Below, piece by piece: positions 14,406 to 23,467 of a DNA stretch of 64,000 bases (its first letter is position 1; every line of letters begins with the position of its first letter). The notes under the pieces are model-generated. The model was not told where the DNA came from. It made no database searches and saw nothing but the letters and a program-made list of their open reading frames with translations. The translations under genes and the position numbers were made by a program. This stretch comes from a bacterium (lineage in GTDB: Bacteria; RBG-13-61-14; DATKZS01): the NCBI GenBank assembly GCA_963674965.2, contig CAXXFL010000001.1:896001-960000 (forward strand), given 5' to 3'.

Positions 14406-14434
14406 AGTTTATCAAAAAACTATCCAATTGTCAA
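14406..14434 (-). promoter_or_regulatory. rrn promoter P2 (sigma70)
   Basis: TTGACA-17 bp-TAAACT. Confidence 0.75.
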
Positions 14435-14551
14435 GAGCAAAGTTGAATAAATTGTTCTCAGGCAAATTAAAAACCCGGATGAACGTTTATCACGTTTTCT
14501 CCCGGGTCTGTCGCCTTTCAAAGAACCCCTTATGAACCCTAGCTGATTCTA

Positions 14552-14579
14552 AATATAACACACTTCTCCGACGTGTCAA
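14552..14579 (-). promoter_or_regulatory. rrn promoter P1 (sigma70) with AT-rich UP-like region
   Basis: TTGACA-16 bp-TATATT with an extended TG; AT-rich 14581-14606 upstream. Confidence 0.7.
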
Positions 14580-14698
14580 GAACTAATTTATAACAAAAAC
14601 AAAATATCCCCGCCTGTATTCAAAAGACGGCCCGCCACCCCCCAGACAATGAATGAAATCCCGGCGGCTGTGGCCGTAACTCATCAAAACATAAGGCA

Positions 14699-15767
14699 TT
14701 ACCAGTCAATCGAAATCCCCGGCCCCGGCGCGGCGCCAACCGGACGATAAAACCTCCACCAAGGCGCCGCCCGCGCAAGACCCCCAAAGGCCGATAAAAA
14801 AAGCCGATAGAGACCGACGTCATTGTCGGAGCGGCGGCCGACGAAGCCGTGGGTGATGGAGGAGTTGGCGATGGTGAGGGGGTGGGAGGGCGAGCCGGCG
14901 AAGTCGGCGCCGAAGGGGAGATAGGCGCGGCGCCAGACGGTCTCGCCGTCGGAGTTGGTGGCGACCACCGGGGAGTGGAGGCCGTAGTGGAGGTAGAGCC
15001 GCTGGGAGATATTGACCGAGGCGGCGCCCGAGTCGAGGAGGCACGAGCCCGAGTCGTCAACCACGTCAATGTCGTATGAGCCGGAGCCGGCGTCGTCCCC
15101 GAGGTCTCCCGTGTCCACAAATATATATGTCGCGCCCTCGGACACGTACGCCTCGATGGCGTAAACCGCGCCCGACCCATTATCGAAGCGCACCGTGTAC
15201 GTCCCCGCGTCCAGCGCCCCCGCCACGGACAGCTTAAGAGTGTCGCCCTCCTCGAGCTCGTCCGCCCAGGTGTCGCCGTCCCCGAGGGTCAGCTCGCCGA
15301 TGGCGCTCTCGGCCAGGAGCCGTAGCCGCGCCGCGTCCAGCTCGGGCGTCGCCGAGTCTCCCTCCCCAGGCCCGCAAAGCTGGGTCGCTCCGTCCATGAC
15401 GGAGGTCACGCCGTCGCACAGCCCGTCGCCGTCGGTGTCCGGATTGAATGGGTTGGTATAGAAATACCCCGAGTTCAGGTATTCCTCGAGATTGGTCCTC
15501 CCGTCCCCGTCGGGGTCATCGGCCGCGTCGTCCACCAGCGGGTCCAGCCCGGCGATGACCTCCCAATAATCGTCGATCCCGTCCCCGTCCGAGTCGGCCA
15601 ACAGCGGGTCGGTCCCCAGCCTCGCCTCGATAATGGCCGCCATCCCGTCCCCGTCGAAATCCGCCACCGCCGTATCGCACTCCACCACCACCGGATCGAA
15701 CCCAAGGCTATCGGCATACTCCACCTCCCACCCGTCCGTGAAGCCGTCGAAATCGGAATCGGCGGAA
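14699..15767 (-). pseudogene. Rhs/YD-type protein fragment with TSP3-like DxDGDG repeats, truncated at both ends
   Basis: Repeats [25 protein letters not shown] and [10 protein letters not shown]. The Rhs-core-like [23 protein letters not shown]...[14 protein letters not shown] breaks off near 14807, before the RYY/DPxG motif. No start or SD at the 5' end. Confidence 0.75.
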
Positions 15768-16277
15768 GTAATAGAAGTTAGTTTTCAAAGATCGGAGTTA
15801 AATCTATATCGACAACCTAAGCATAGGTGATCCCCGGTAAATCAATCGCAATGACCTGCTCGCTATGCTCGCCCATATAGCGGAGCTATATGGGTTACTT
15901 ATATTTCAAGACCCTTTTGTGGGTTACCTGTTAAATCTATATCGACAACCAAAGCATAGGTCATCCCCGGGAAACCAATCTCTATGGCCTGCTCGCAAGG
16001 CTCGACCATATAGCAGAGATATTTTGGTTACTATTATTTCAAGGCCCTTTTGTGGGTTACCTGTTGACCTCCCAATAATCGTCGATCCCGTCCCCATCCG
16101 AGTCGGCCAACAGCGGGTCGGTCCCCAGCCTCGCCTCGATAATGGCCGCCATCCCGTCGCCGTCATAATCCGCCACCGCCTCATCGCACTCCACCACCAC
16201 CGGATCGAACCCAAGGCTATCCGCGTACTCCACCTCCCACCCGTCCGTGAAGCCGTCGAAGTCGGAATCGGCGGAAG
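15556..16277. repeat. Two approximately 210-bp paralogous copies of an Rhs/TSP3 coding fragment (15556-15767 and 16065-16277)
   Basis: Direct alignment by eye. Differences are mostly synonymous in the minus-strand reading (GAC/GAT, GGG/GGC, GCC/GCG, TAT/TAC), plus F/Y and T/E changes. Confidence 0.9.
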
Positions 16278-16476
16278 GAATAATGAAAAGTTTTCAAAGA
16301 GCAAAGTTACATCGATATCGACAACCAAAGCATAGGTCATCCCCGGTAATTTAATCTCAATGACCTGCTCGCTATGCTCGCCCATATAGCGGAGCTATAT
16401 GGGTTACTTATATTTCAAGACCCTTTTGTGGGTTACCTGTTACTTATATTTAAGACCCTTTTATGGGTTACCTGTT
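15797..16476. repeat. 133-bp non-coding repeat, three full copies (15797, 15930, 16306) plus a 35-bp terminal sub-copy (16439-16476)
   Basis: Every unit starts with GTT and ends TGGGTTACCT|GTT. The full units are the same length with no indels. Internal hairpin CCCATATAGC-gga-GCTATATGGG in copies 1 and 3. Confidence 0.92.
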
Positions 16477-16701
16477 GAACTCGGAAAGACCCCCCTCCGC
16501 GAACTCCTCCATCCTCGAGTCGATCAAGTCCCCGTCAATGCCGGTTACCGGCTTTAAATTGATTTTTTGGTCGGCGGAACTTATTGCGCCGTGAAAGAGA
16601 TAACTTGATATGACGAAGGCCGCTAATATCGGAGCCGCCCTCAATCCAGGTCTAGGCAAGATGATGTGCCCCGGAAAGGAGCGTATGAATTTTTGTCTCA
16701 T
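16468..16701 (-). pseudogene. Short ORF with hydrophobic/signal-like N-terminus, apparently truncated at the repeat boundary
   Basis: GGGAG upstream. The last codons (FNR-stop) are supplied by the repeat end AACAGGTAA. Confidence 0.45.
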
Positions 16702-16725
16702 CTTGGTCTTTGCTCCCGCTGTTTA

Positions 16726-17784
16726 TCAATCCTCGTAATATACCTTTATACCGTTGCTTCTGAGAAGTGGAATGTCTTCGCTGATGGCATTTTCGGATAA
16801 TGGATTGCCGGAAAGGTCTATCATGGTTCCCGCCACGATACCGCCTGCTTTGAAGTTCTCAACTAAAGGCGATATGTCGGATATATTGTTGTCGTCGAGC
16901 GATACTCTTCGCAGCTTTTTCAGGCCACTTAATGCGGAGATGTCTCTAATATTACATTTTGTCAATAATAGCACCTCGATGTTTTCATTCTTCGATAAAA
17001 ACGACAGGTCATCAATGACGTGGTCACCGAGGCCAAGGAATATTAATTTCGGCTTATCTTGCAGAGGCGAAAAATCTTGAATCGGATTATTTCTCAACCG
17101 CAGTTCGGTAAGATTTGAAAGTTTCGCTAGAGGTGATATGTCTTCAATTTCGCAAAAAGAAAGATGAAGAACATTCAAATTTGATAAGCCAGAAAGTGGT
17201 TCGATGTCTGAAATGGGGTTAGTAGAAAGATCAAGATAAGTAAGATTCGTAAGGTTTGACAGCGGAGAAATATTTTTTATCCGACTTCCAGCCATTGACA
17301 GACATTCAAGCTTTTCCAACCTGGATAGCGGTCTTAAGTCTATTAGCCTGTTGCAACTCAGACTTAATTTTTTTAAATTCCTCAAGTATTGTATGCCATG
17401 CAAACTAACAACGTAATGCCTATAGTAATTTGCGATCGAAAGCGGATAGGTAATCTTGTTAATGATAGCGTTGGGTTCGGAACATTTTTGGCCGAATGCA
17501 TATAGAGTTTCAATTTTGAGCAAATCCGTTGTGTATATTATGCTGGTATGTCTTCCGGAGGCTCTGCGTATCGAAACCCTTAAATATCTATCAGGAATTA
17601 TTACGGGATGTTTATAAGCATGGACAACACTTTTACCATCGGATGATTTCGGCGGACCCTGAATAGGGAGGATAAGCAAAATGAAAGTCGCAAATATTGC
17701 AATTAGAGCATGCGAGATATTTTTAGTAAGCATTCGCTCCAATGAGACTGGACACATTTTGCTTTGCATGGCCTCATTTATCAT
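16726..17784 (-). CDS. Internalin-like leucine-rich-repeat protein with N-terminal hydrophobic segment
   Basis: About eight 22-aa LxxLxLxxNxIxDIxPLxxL repeats; AAGGAG SD; visibly AT-richer than the flanks. Confidence 0.9.
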   Translation of the reverse strand: MINEAMQSKMCPVSLERMLTKNISHALIAIFATFILLILPIQGPPKSSDGKSVVHAYKHPVIIPDRYLRVSIRRASGRHTSIIYTTDLLKIETLYAFGQKCSEPNAIINKITYPLSIANYYRHYVVSLHGIQYLRNLKKLSLSCNRLIDLRPLSRLEKLECLSMAGSRIKNISPLSNLTNLTYLDLSTNPISDIEPLSGLSNLNVLHLSFCEIEDISPLAKLSNLTELRLRNNPIQDFSPLQDKPKLIFLGLGDHVIDDLSFLSKNENIEVLLLTKCNIRDISALSGLKKLRRVSLDDNNISDISPLVENFKAGGIVAGTMIDLSGNPLSENAISEDIPLLRSNGIKVYYED

Positions 17785-17820
17785 TGTACTTAATTCTCCT
17801 TTTGCACCATAAAAATTAAA

Positions 17821-19163
17821 GGTTCTACGTAATTTAGTGTGGGTGAATTGACCGCCCCCGTTCTCTTTGTCAGAGTAGTTTTAGCAAAAAGCACCAAAAC
17901 AAGGAGGACGAGATGGCGGTCAAAAAGGATTATATCGATATTATGGTCAACATTCCAGGTTTTTCCGTTCATCGGGTCAGCACTCATACTTGGGAGGGAG
18001 ATGAATTCCCCAGCCTGATGATCGAGCTTTCGCGCGATCGCAACGTTTACAAGTGCAGATGCGGCAGGGAGTTCAGCGCGTATTACGACTGCGACGAACG
18101 TTGCGTCCGTGATCTTTCCTACGGCGTCTTCAAGCGGAGTTACCTTTTTTTCTATCAGGTCCGCGTTGATTGCCCCGACTGCGGAGTGGTCACCGAGAGC
18201 CTCGAGTGGACGCTTCCCCGGGTCGAGTACTCGAAACGTCTTGCCGCCGAGGTGGCTTTGGCCTGCGAGGAGATTCGTAGCCTTAAGGCCGTTGCCGAGC
18301 AGTACGGCCTCCACGAGAAGACGGTCAAGGCCATAGACAAGGCCGCGCTGGATGAGCGAGTGCCCGATCCGTCCGAGGCTTCTCCCACCGTCATCGGCGT
18401 GGACGAGTTTTCCATCCGCCGCCGCCATCGCTACGCCACGGCCGTGATCGACTTCAAGAGCGGTGAAATCCCCTACATCGGCCTGGACCGGACCAAGGAG
18501 AGCCTGTCCTTTTTTTACGAGGCCCTGGGGCCGGAAAAGTGCGAGAAGATCGAGGCGGTGGCCATGGACATGTGGAAGCCTTATGAGGAGGCCACTCGCG
18601 AGCATTGCCCTAACGCCGCGATAGTTTACGATCCCTTCCACGTCATTTCGGCTTACGGACGCGAGGTGGTGGACAAGGTCCGGGTCCAGGAATTCAGGAT
18701 GGCCCGAGGCGAACGCAAGGAAGCCATCAAGGGCAGCCGCTACCTGCTTCTTAAAAACGCCTCGAACCTTGACGTGGAAAGGGGCGAGCACGTTCGGTTG
18801 GCCGATCTCCTCCGGCTTAACCGCAAGCTTTTCAAAGTCTATGTTCTTAAGGACGACCTCAAGCAGATCTGGAGGTATAAAAGCGAGGCTTGGTCGCGCA
18901 AGTGGCTGATGAACTGGTATCATCGAGCGATGAGATCGCGGATCGACGCTTTGAAGAAATTCGCCAAGAAGCTCAAGGATCACATGCCCGGTCTCATCTC
19001 TCATTGCCGTTATCCTATTCACACCAGCCTCATCGAGGGAGTGAACAACAAGATCAAGGTGATAAAGCGCATTGCCTTCGGCTTCAGGGACATGGAATAC
19101 TTCTTCCTAAAGATAAGGGGCGCTTTCCATGCTAAATATACCCATACTTAAATACGTTGAACC
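17821..19163 (+). mobile_element. ISL3-family insertion sequence, intact
   Basis: Left end GGTTCTACGTAATTTAGTGTGGGT versus right end (reverse complement) GGTTCAACGTATTTAAGTATGGGT, 20/24 identical. Perfect 8-bp target duplication AAATTAAA at 17813-17820 and 19164-19171. Confidence 0.95.
17913..19151 (+). CDS. ISL3-family transposase
   Basis: Zinc finger CRC...CPDC; DDE motifs IGVDEFS, AMDMWKPY, DPFHV and EGVNNKIKVIKRIAFGFR. Confidence 0.95.
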   Translation: MAVKKDYIDIMVNIPGFSVHRVSTHTWEGDEFPSLMIELSRDRNVYKCRCGREFSAYYDCDERCVRDLSYGVFKRSYLFFYQVRVDCPDCGVVTESLEWTLPRVEYSKRLAAEVALACEEIRSLKAVAEQYGLHEKTVKAIDKAALDERVPDPSEASPTVIGVDEFSIRRRHRYATAVIDFKSGEIPYIGLDRTKESLSFFYEALGPEKCEKIEAVAMDMWKPYEEATREHCPNAAIVYDPFHVISAYGREVVDKVRVQEFRMARGERKEAIKGSRYLLLKNASNLDVERGEHVRLADLLRLNRKLFKVYVLKDDLKQIWRYKSEAWSRKWLMNWYHRAMRSRIDALKKFAKKLKDHMPGLISHCRYPIHTSLIEGVNNKIKVIKRIAFGFRDMEYFFLKIRGAFHAKYTHT

Positions 19164-19563
19164 AAATTAAATTATTCCCTGATTTTCATTTTCATCGATG
19201 TTTCATATAGACGTCTATCAGATCTGGGGACATCATACTGAACTCACTTTTTACCGACCTTGTGCCGGGCTTTTATGGAGCAAGGCGGCGGTCGAGGGCG
19301 GTCTCGGGTCCCGCGAGGAGGTCCTTTTCCTCGAGGGGCGCCCGGCGCGCTCGCGCGTTTTTATTCGCGATACCTCGGAGCCAATCACCGGCGGATTAAA
19401 AAATCCTCCCAATTATAGGACTCCCGACCTACGGCGCAATCATGGCACGGGGGAAAAGGTATGTCAATGATTATTCAGAATGTTCTCGCGGTTGATCTCG
19501 ATGGCTTTCGGGGCGCCGTAATGCGCTGGAAGGACGGGGGCCGGCTGATGGATTATTAAAAAA

Positions 19564-20520
19564 TCACCTTAGTCTTGGCGAGGTGGGGACGGGGGCCTGG
19601 AAGAGTTTTATTTTGACGGGGTTGCCGTTTTTATCGGTAGCCAGGACCATGATCCTGGTTCGGGGAAGGGTCTTTTCGACCATCTCGATGAAGAGGCGGC
19701 GGCGGGTGACGGAGGGCGCGGTTTTGTATTCCTCGAAGATTTTGACGAACCTTTCCGACTCGCCCTTGGCCGCGCTGCTGCGGTTGAACTTGAAGGCCTC
19801 GGCCTCCTGGACCATGCTCGCGGCCTGGCCGTTGGCCTTGGGGATTTCCTGGTTCCGGTAGTTTTCCGCCTCGTGGATGCGGGTGCGTTTTTCCTCCTCC
19901 GCGTTGATCACGTCCTGGAAGGCGTCCTTTACCAGGTTGGGGGGGTCGGCCTTTTTGCGCTCGACGCCCACTATCTTGATCTTGATTCCCAGTTCCAGGA
20001 GCTTTGCCTCCAAGTCCTCCTTGATTTTTTCCTCCATCTTGAGCTTGGCCGTGGTCAAGAGAGGATCGACCTTCTGGGTGGCCACCAGCTCGAGTATGGT
20101 CGCCTGGGCCAATTCCTTCAAAATCTCCTCGACCCTTCTTCCCCGCCCCAGGAAATTGGCCGGGTCGTCCACCCGGTACTTGATCGAGTAAAGGTTGTGA
20201 ACGATGTTCTTGTCGCCGGTTATACAGTACGGCACCAGTTCCTCGTCCATGGCGAACTCGTGCCAGAAGCCGGCCTCGATGGTGCGGACCTCCTTGACGT
20301 TGACCTTTTTTACCGAGCCCACCGGCCAGGGCAGATGGTACCCGATGCCGGGGGGAACTACCTCGGTCTTGGCCCCGAACCGGAAGACCACTCCCATCTC
20401 GCCCGCCTCGACCACGAAAACGCCCGAGGCCAGGTAAAGAAGGAAAAGGACGCCGAAAACCGCGGCCGCCACCTTGTCCAGGCCGCGGAAAACGTCCTTA
20501 TATTCGCGTTGCCAGCTCAT
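19564..20520 (-). CDS. hflK: HflK-like SPFH protein
   Basis: TM helix, GVVFRFG, PGIGYHLPWPV, TGDKNIV, PPNLVKDAFQDV, EAENYRNQEIPKANG and EEYKTAPSVTRRRLF. TGATG overlap with hflC. Confidence 0.88.
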   Translation of the reverse strand: MSWQREYKDVFRGLDKVAAAVFGVLFLLYLASGVFVVEAGEMGVVFRFGAKTEVVPPGIGYHLPWPVGSVKKVNVKEVRTIEAGFWHEFAMDEELVPYCITGDKNIVHNLYSIKYRVDDPANFLGRGRRVEEILKELAQATILELVATQKVDPLLTTAKLKMEEKIKEDLEAKLLELGIKIKIVGVERKKADPPNLVKDAFQDVINAEEEKRTRIHEAENYRNQEIPKANGQAASMVQEAEAFKFNRSSAAKGESERFVKIFEEYKTAPSVTRRRLFIEMVEKTLPRTRIMVLATDKNGNPVKIKLFQAPVPTSPRLR

Positions 20521-21389
20521 CACTCTCCCAGGTACTTGAGTAGTTCCGAGTCGCTTGAGAGGACCAGCGTCGTCTTCTCGTCCAGGATTTTGTCGTAGGA
20601 CTGCATGGTCCGCCAGAACTTGTAGAACTCGGGGTCCTTGGTAAAGGCCTCGGCGTAAACTTTCGCCGCCTCGGCCTCTCCCTCCGCTCGTATCTTCTGC
20701 GATTTCTCGTAGGCCCGCGCCAGGATGTCGCTCTTGTCCCGGTCGGCCTGGGCCTTGATCTTGGCCGCTTCCCGCTCGCCCTCCGCCCGGTGCAGGTTGG
20801 CCCTGGCCTTCCTCTCCTTCCTCATCCGCTGGTAGACGGCCCAGGCGTTGGACTCGGGAAGGGCCAGGCGGTCGAGCTCGACCGAAACGATCTCGAGGCC
20901 GTAGTTGCCCTCCGCCAGCCTTTCGGCCAACTCCTTTTCGATCCTCTCCTCCAGCTCGGATATCTTGATCTCACGGTCCACTGAGATAAGGTCGTCGAAA
21001 TCGTAATCGCCCACCGCGCCGGCGCTGCGCGAGGTCAGAAGGTCGTCAAGCTGCTGCCCGGCCGCGTCAACCGTGGTTACCGACGTGTAAAAGGTAAGAG
21101 GATCGGATATGCGCCATACCACCATGCACTGGATGCTGACGTTCTTTTTGTCCTTGGTCAGACGCTCGAGCAATAGACCCTTGTGGAGCATCAGCCTTTT
21201 ATCGAAGCGGTTGACCCGTTCCACCGGGGTGGGGGCCTTCCAGTAAAGGCCGGGGGCGGTGATGGTCTTTACGTGCTTTCCGAACCTGGTGACCACGGCG
21301 TACTCGTTCTGGCCCACGGTGAAGGTCACCGAGGCGATCACGAGAATCAAAAGGCCGATGGCCAGGATAATGAACAACGCGCGCTTCAT
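20520..21389 (-). CDS. hflC: HflC-like SPFH protein
   Basis: PGLYWKAP, LTKDKK, WRISDPL, VYQRMRKER, DPEFYKFWRTMQSY and VLSSDSELLKYL. Confidence 0.9.
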   Translation of the reverse strand: MKRALFIILAIGLLILVIASVTFTVGQNEYAVVTRFGKHVKTITAPGLYWKAPTPVERVNRFDKRLMLHKGLLLERLTKDKKNVSIQCMVVWRISDPLTFYTSVTTVDAAGQQLDDLLTSRSAGAVGDYDFDDLISVDREIKISELEERIEKELAERLAEGNYGLEIVSVELDRLALPESNAWAVYQRMRKERKARANLHRAEGEREAAKIKAQADRDKSDILARAYEKSQKIRAEGEAEAAKVYAEAFTKDPEFYKFWRTMQSYDKILDEKTTLVLSSDSELLKYLGE

Positions 21390-21405
21390 GGTCACGCTCC
21401 TCTTT

Positions 21406-23229
21406 TTATTCCGCCGAGGCGGGAGACTTTCCCGGGTCGACGGTCATGAAAAGCTCGATCGATCCCGAGGCGGCCTCGGGCGGCACTACAATTTTTTCCC
21501 GGTTGGGCAGGACCCTCTCGGCCGACTCGATGGCCAGCCTGGTCTTCATGACGCCCGGAGACTTGGCCTCGGCCTCCGCCAGGCGCTTGAAAATCTCGAC
21601 GTCGCCCCGCGCCCGGTACATGCCCGCGCCGGCCTCGGCGGCGGCCGCGTTGACCAGGGTCTCGAACTCTCCCTCCGCCCGCGGGATGAGGTCGTTGGCG
21701 TAGCCGTTGGCCTCGTTGATCTTGGTCTCGTACTCGATGGTGGCGCTGACCACGTTCTCGAAGTCGGCCGCCACCTCGGTGGGCGGGTGGGCGTCCTTGA
21801 TCTGGAAGGACAGTATTTTAACGCCCAGGTCGTATTCTTTTAAGTCCTCGGCGAGTTTTTTCTCGAAGCGGGCCTCGATCTCGTCGCGCTGCTTGGTAAT
21901 GGACTCGAGGAACTCGATATGGGCGAACTCCTCAGCCAGCACGGCGTAGGAGGCGGAGGATATCATGCCCTCCGGGTCGGAGGACACGTAAAGCCACTTG
22001 GCCGGGTCCACGACCCGGTAGTGGATGGCCACGCCCACGTCGATGAAGATGTTCTCGCCCGAAAGGACGTTAAACTGCTCGATGTAATGGTCGTTGGTCC
22101 AGAGCACGGTGGTACGTTTGGGGTCGATGATGGACCCCACGTTAAGGCGCCTTACCTTTCCGACGTCCACCTTTCTGACCTTGTCCACCGGCCAGGGCCA
22201 GCACCAGTGGAGACCCGGCCCCAGGGGCTTGCCGGGCTCGAGGGGAGAGCCGAATCGCTCGACGATGGCCTTCTCTCCGGTCCCCACGGAGAAACTTCCG
22301 CTGGCGACGTAAAGGAAAAGGGCCAGGACGACAAGGACAAAGGACGCGACAATGCCGGCCTTTTTCCTGGACTCGGGCGAGTCGGGATTGCCGCCGATCA
22401 ATTTGACGGTCAGGTCGATTACGCGGGGCGTGACTCGGGGCAGCCTGTTTTTGATGGCGAGCCAGAGCCACTCGCGGTAAAGAAGGTCCTCCGTTTCCTC
22501 TCCCCTGGCCAAGTCGCGGATGACGGCCCCAAAGACGTTGGCGGCCTGGAGGAGTACGAAAGCGGCCAGGGCCCCGGCGGCGAAGCGGTCTAAAAGCCCC
22601 GAGGCGGAGGGATCGAGGCTGAGCACGATCCTCTCGCCGAGCAGGGCGGCCGCTACCAGAAGAGACCCGACCATGTCCACCCGGGCGTGGAAACCGTCGG
22701 CCACCAGAGCGGTACAGCCGTGTCTCTCGCCCACGATCCTCTCCAGCCTGGAAAGCAGGTAGCTGAGGAGGGCAAGGAACAACATTCCAAGACCCACGTG
22801 GACCGGATACGCGATCGTTCCCATGGGAGACGGATACACGACGCGATATAGAAAAAAGACGCCGATCACGCTGAGAAAGGCCCCAATCCCCAGGGCGACC
22901 ACGGTCTGGGGGGAGGATAAAATGGACAGCAGCCCCGACTTCTCGCCGCCGGGCTTTTTTCCACGCGCCAGGGCCAGCATCTCGGCCCGGACGGCGATAA
23001 AAACGGCCATGCTCGAGCCAATGTCGGCGAAGGAATGATAGGCCTCGACCTTGAGGGAAAGGCTTCGCGAGTAATAAGACAAAAGAAACTTGAGGAGGGT
23101 AAGGGTGACGTTTACGGCGATGGCGGCCAAGGCCGCCTTCTCCGGCGCGGTGAGCCGAAATGACCGGCGGCCTTCCAACTCTTGTTCGTCAATTTCCGTT
23201 TCCATATCGGGTTTGTCTTCTTCGTTCAT
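21406..23229 (-). CDS. Cation diffusion facilitator (CDF) membrane domain fused to an HflK-like SPFH domain
   Basis: N-half: NVTLTLLKF, EAYHSFAD and ADGFHARVD. C-half: IVERFG, PGLHWCWPWPVD, AHPPTEVAADF and EANGYANDLIPRAEG. Confidence 0.85.
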   Translation of the reverse strand: MNEEDKPDMETEIDEQELEGRRSFRLTAPEKAALAAIAVNVTLTLLKFLLSYYSRSLSLKVEAYHSFADIGSSMAVFIAVRAEMLALARGKKPGGEKSGLLSILSSPQTVVALGIGAFLSVIGVFFLYRVVYPSPMGTIAYPVHVGLGMLFLALLSYLLSRLERIVGERHGCTALVADGFHARVDMVGSLLVAAALLGERIVLSLDPSASGLLDRFAAGALAAFVLLQAANVFGAVIRDLARGEETEDLLYREWLWLAIKNRLPRVTPRVIDLTVKLIGGNPDSPESRKKAGIVASFVLVVLALFLYVASGSFSVGTGEKAIVERFGSPLEPGKPLGPGLHWCWPWPVDKVRKVDVGKVRRLNVGSIIDPKRTTVLWTNDHYIEQFNVLSGENIFIDVGVAIHYRVVDPAKWLYVSSDPEGMISSASYAVLAEEFAHIEFLESITKQRDEIEARFEKKLAEDLKEYDLGVKILSFQIKDAHPPTEVAADFENVVSATIEYETKINEANGYANDLIPRAEGEFETLVNAAAAEAGAGMYRARGDVEIFKRLAEAEAKSPGVMKTRLAIESAERVLPNREKIVVPPEAASGSIELFMTVDPGKSPASAE

Positions 23230-23258
23230 GAAAAGTTCCCGCCCAGTCCTTCCTCACA

Positions 23259-23287
23259 AGGCTATGACGGTCAGAGGGAATTGTCAA
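23259..23287 (-). promoter_or_regulatory. sigma70-like promoter of the CDF-hflK/hflC/hflK operon
   Basis: TTGACA-17 bp-TAGCCT. Confidence 0.55.
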
Positions 23288-23399
23288 AGCCTTTTTTACC
23301 GATAAAGTCTATGGGAATAGTAAAATTTGACTATTGCAGAAGCAGGGATTCAATACGGCGGCTCTTCGTCTACTTTTCAGATGTTTCGAGTATTACTCC

Positions 23400-23428
23400 T
23401 TGACTGCATTTATACCGGCCAATAAAAT
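23400..23428 (+). promoter_or_regulatory. sigma70-like promoter
   Basis: TTGACT-17 bp-TAAAAT, 40 bp before ORF 23468. Confidence 0.6.
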
Positions 23429-23467
23429 ATTATCGAAGCAAAGGCGGGACGAAAAATCAAGGACAAG

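Noticed and set aside
15556-16277. Diversity-generating retroelement TR/VR pair
   Set aside because: The differences are not adenine-specific and are mostly synonymous; no reverse transcriptase is present in the window.
15865-16385. ORFs 15865-16335 (+) and 15924-16385 (-)
   Set aside because: They are chimeric read-throughs of the repeats; equivalent frames contain stops in other copies.
15797-16476. CRISPR array
   Set aside because: Units are 133 bp and directly adjacent without unique spacers of regular length; no cas genes.
15797-16476. Canonical integron attC sites or a dif site
   Set aside because: There is no RYYYAAC...GTTRRRY end-to-end palindrome and no integrase. GTTAAAT matches only part of the XerD arm and no XerC arm is present.
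17790-19022. 410-aa minus-strand ORF
   Set aside because: Antisense shadow of the ISL3 transposase.
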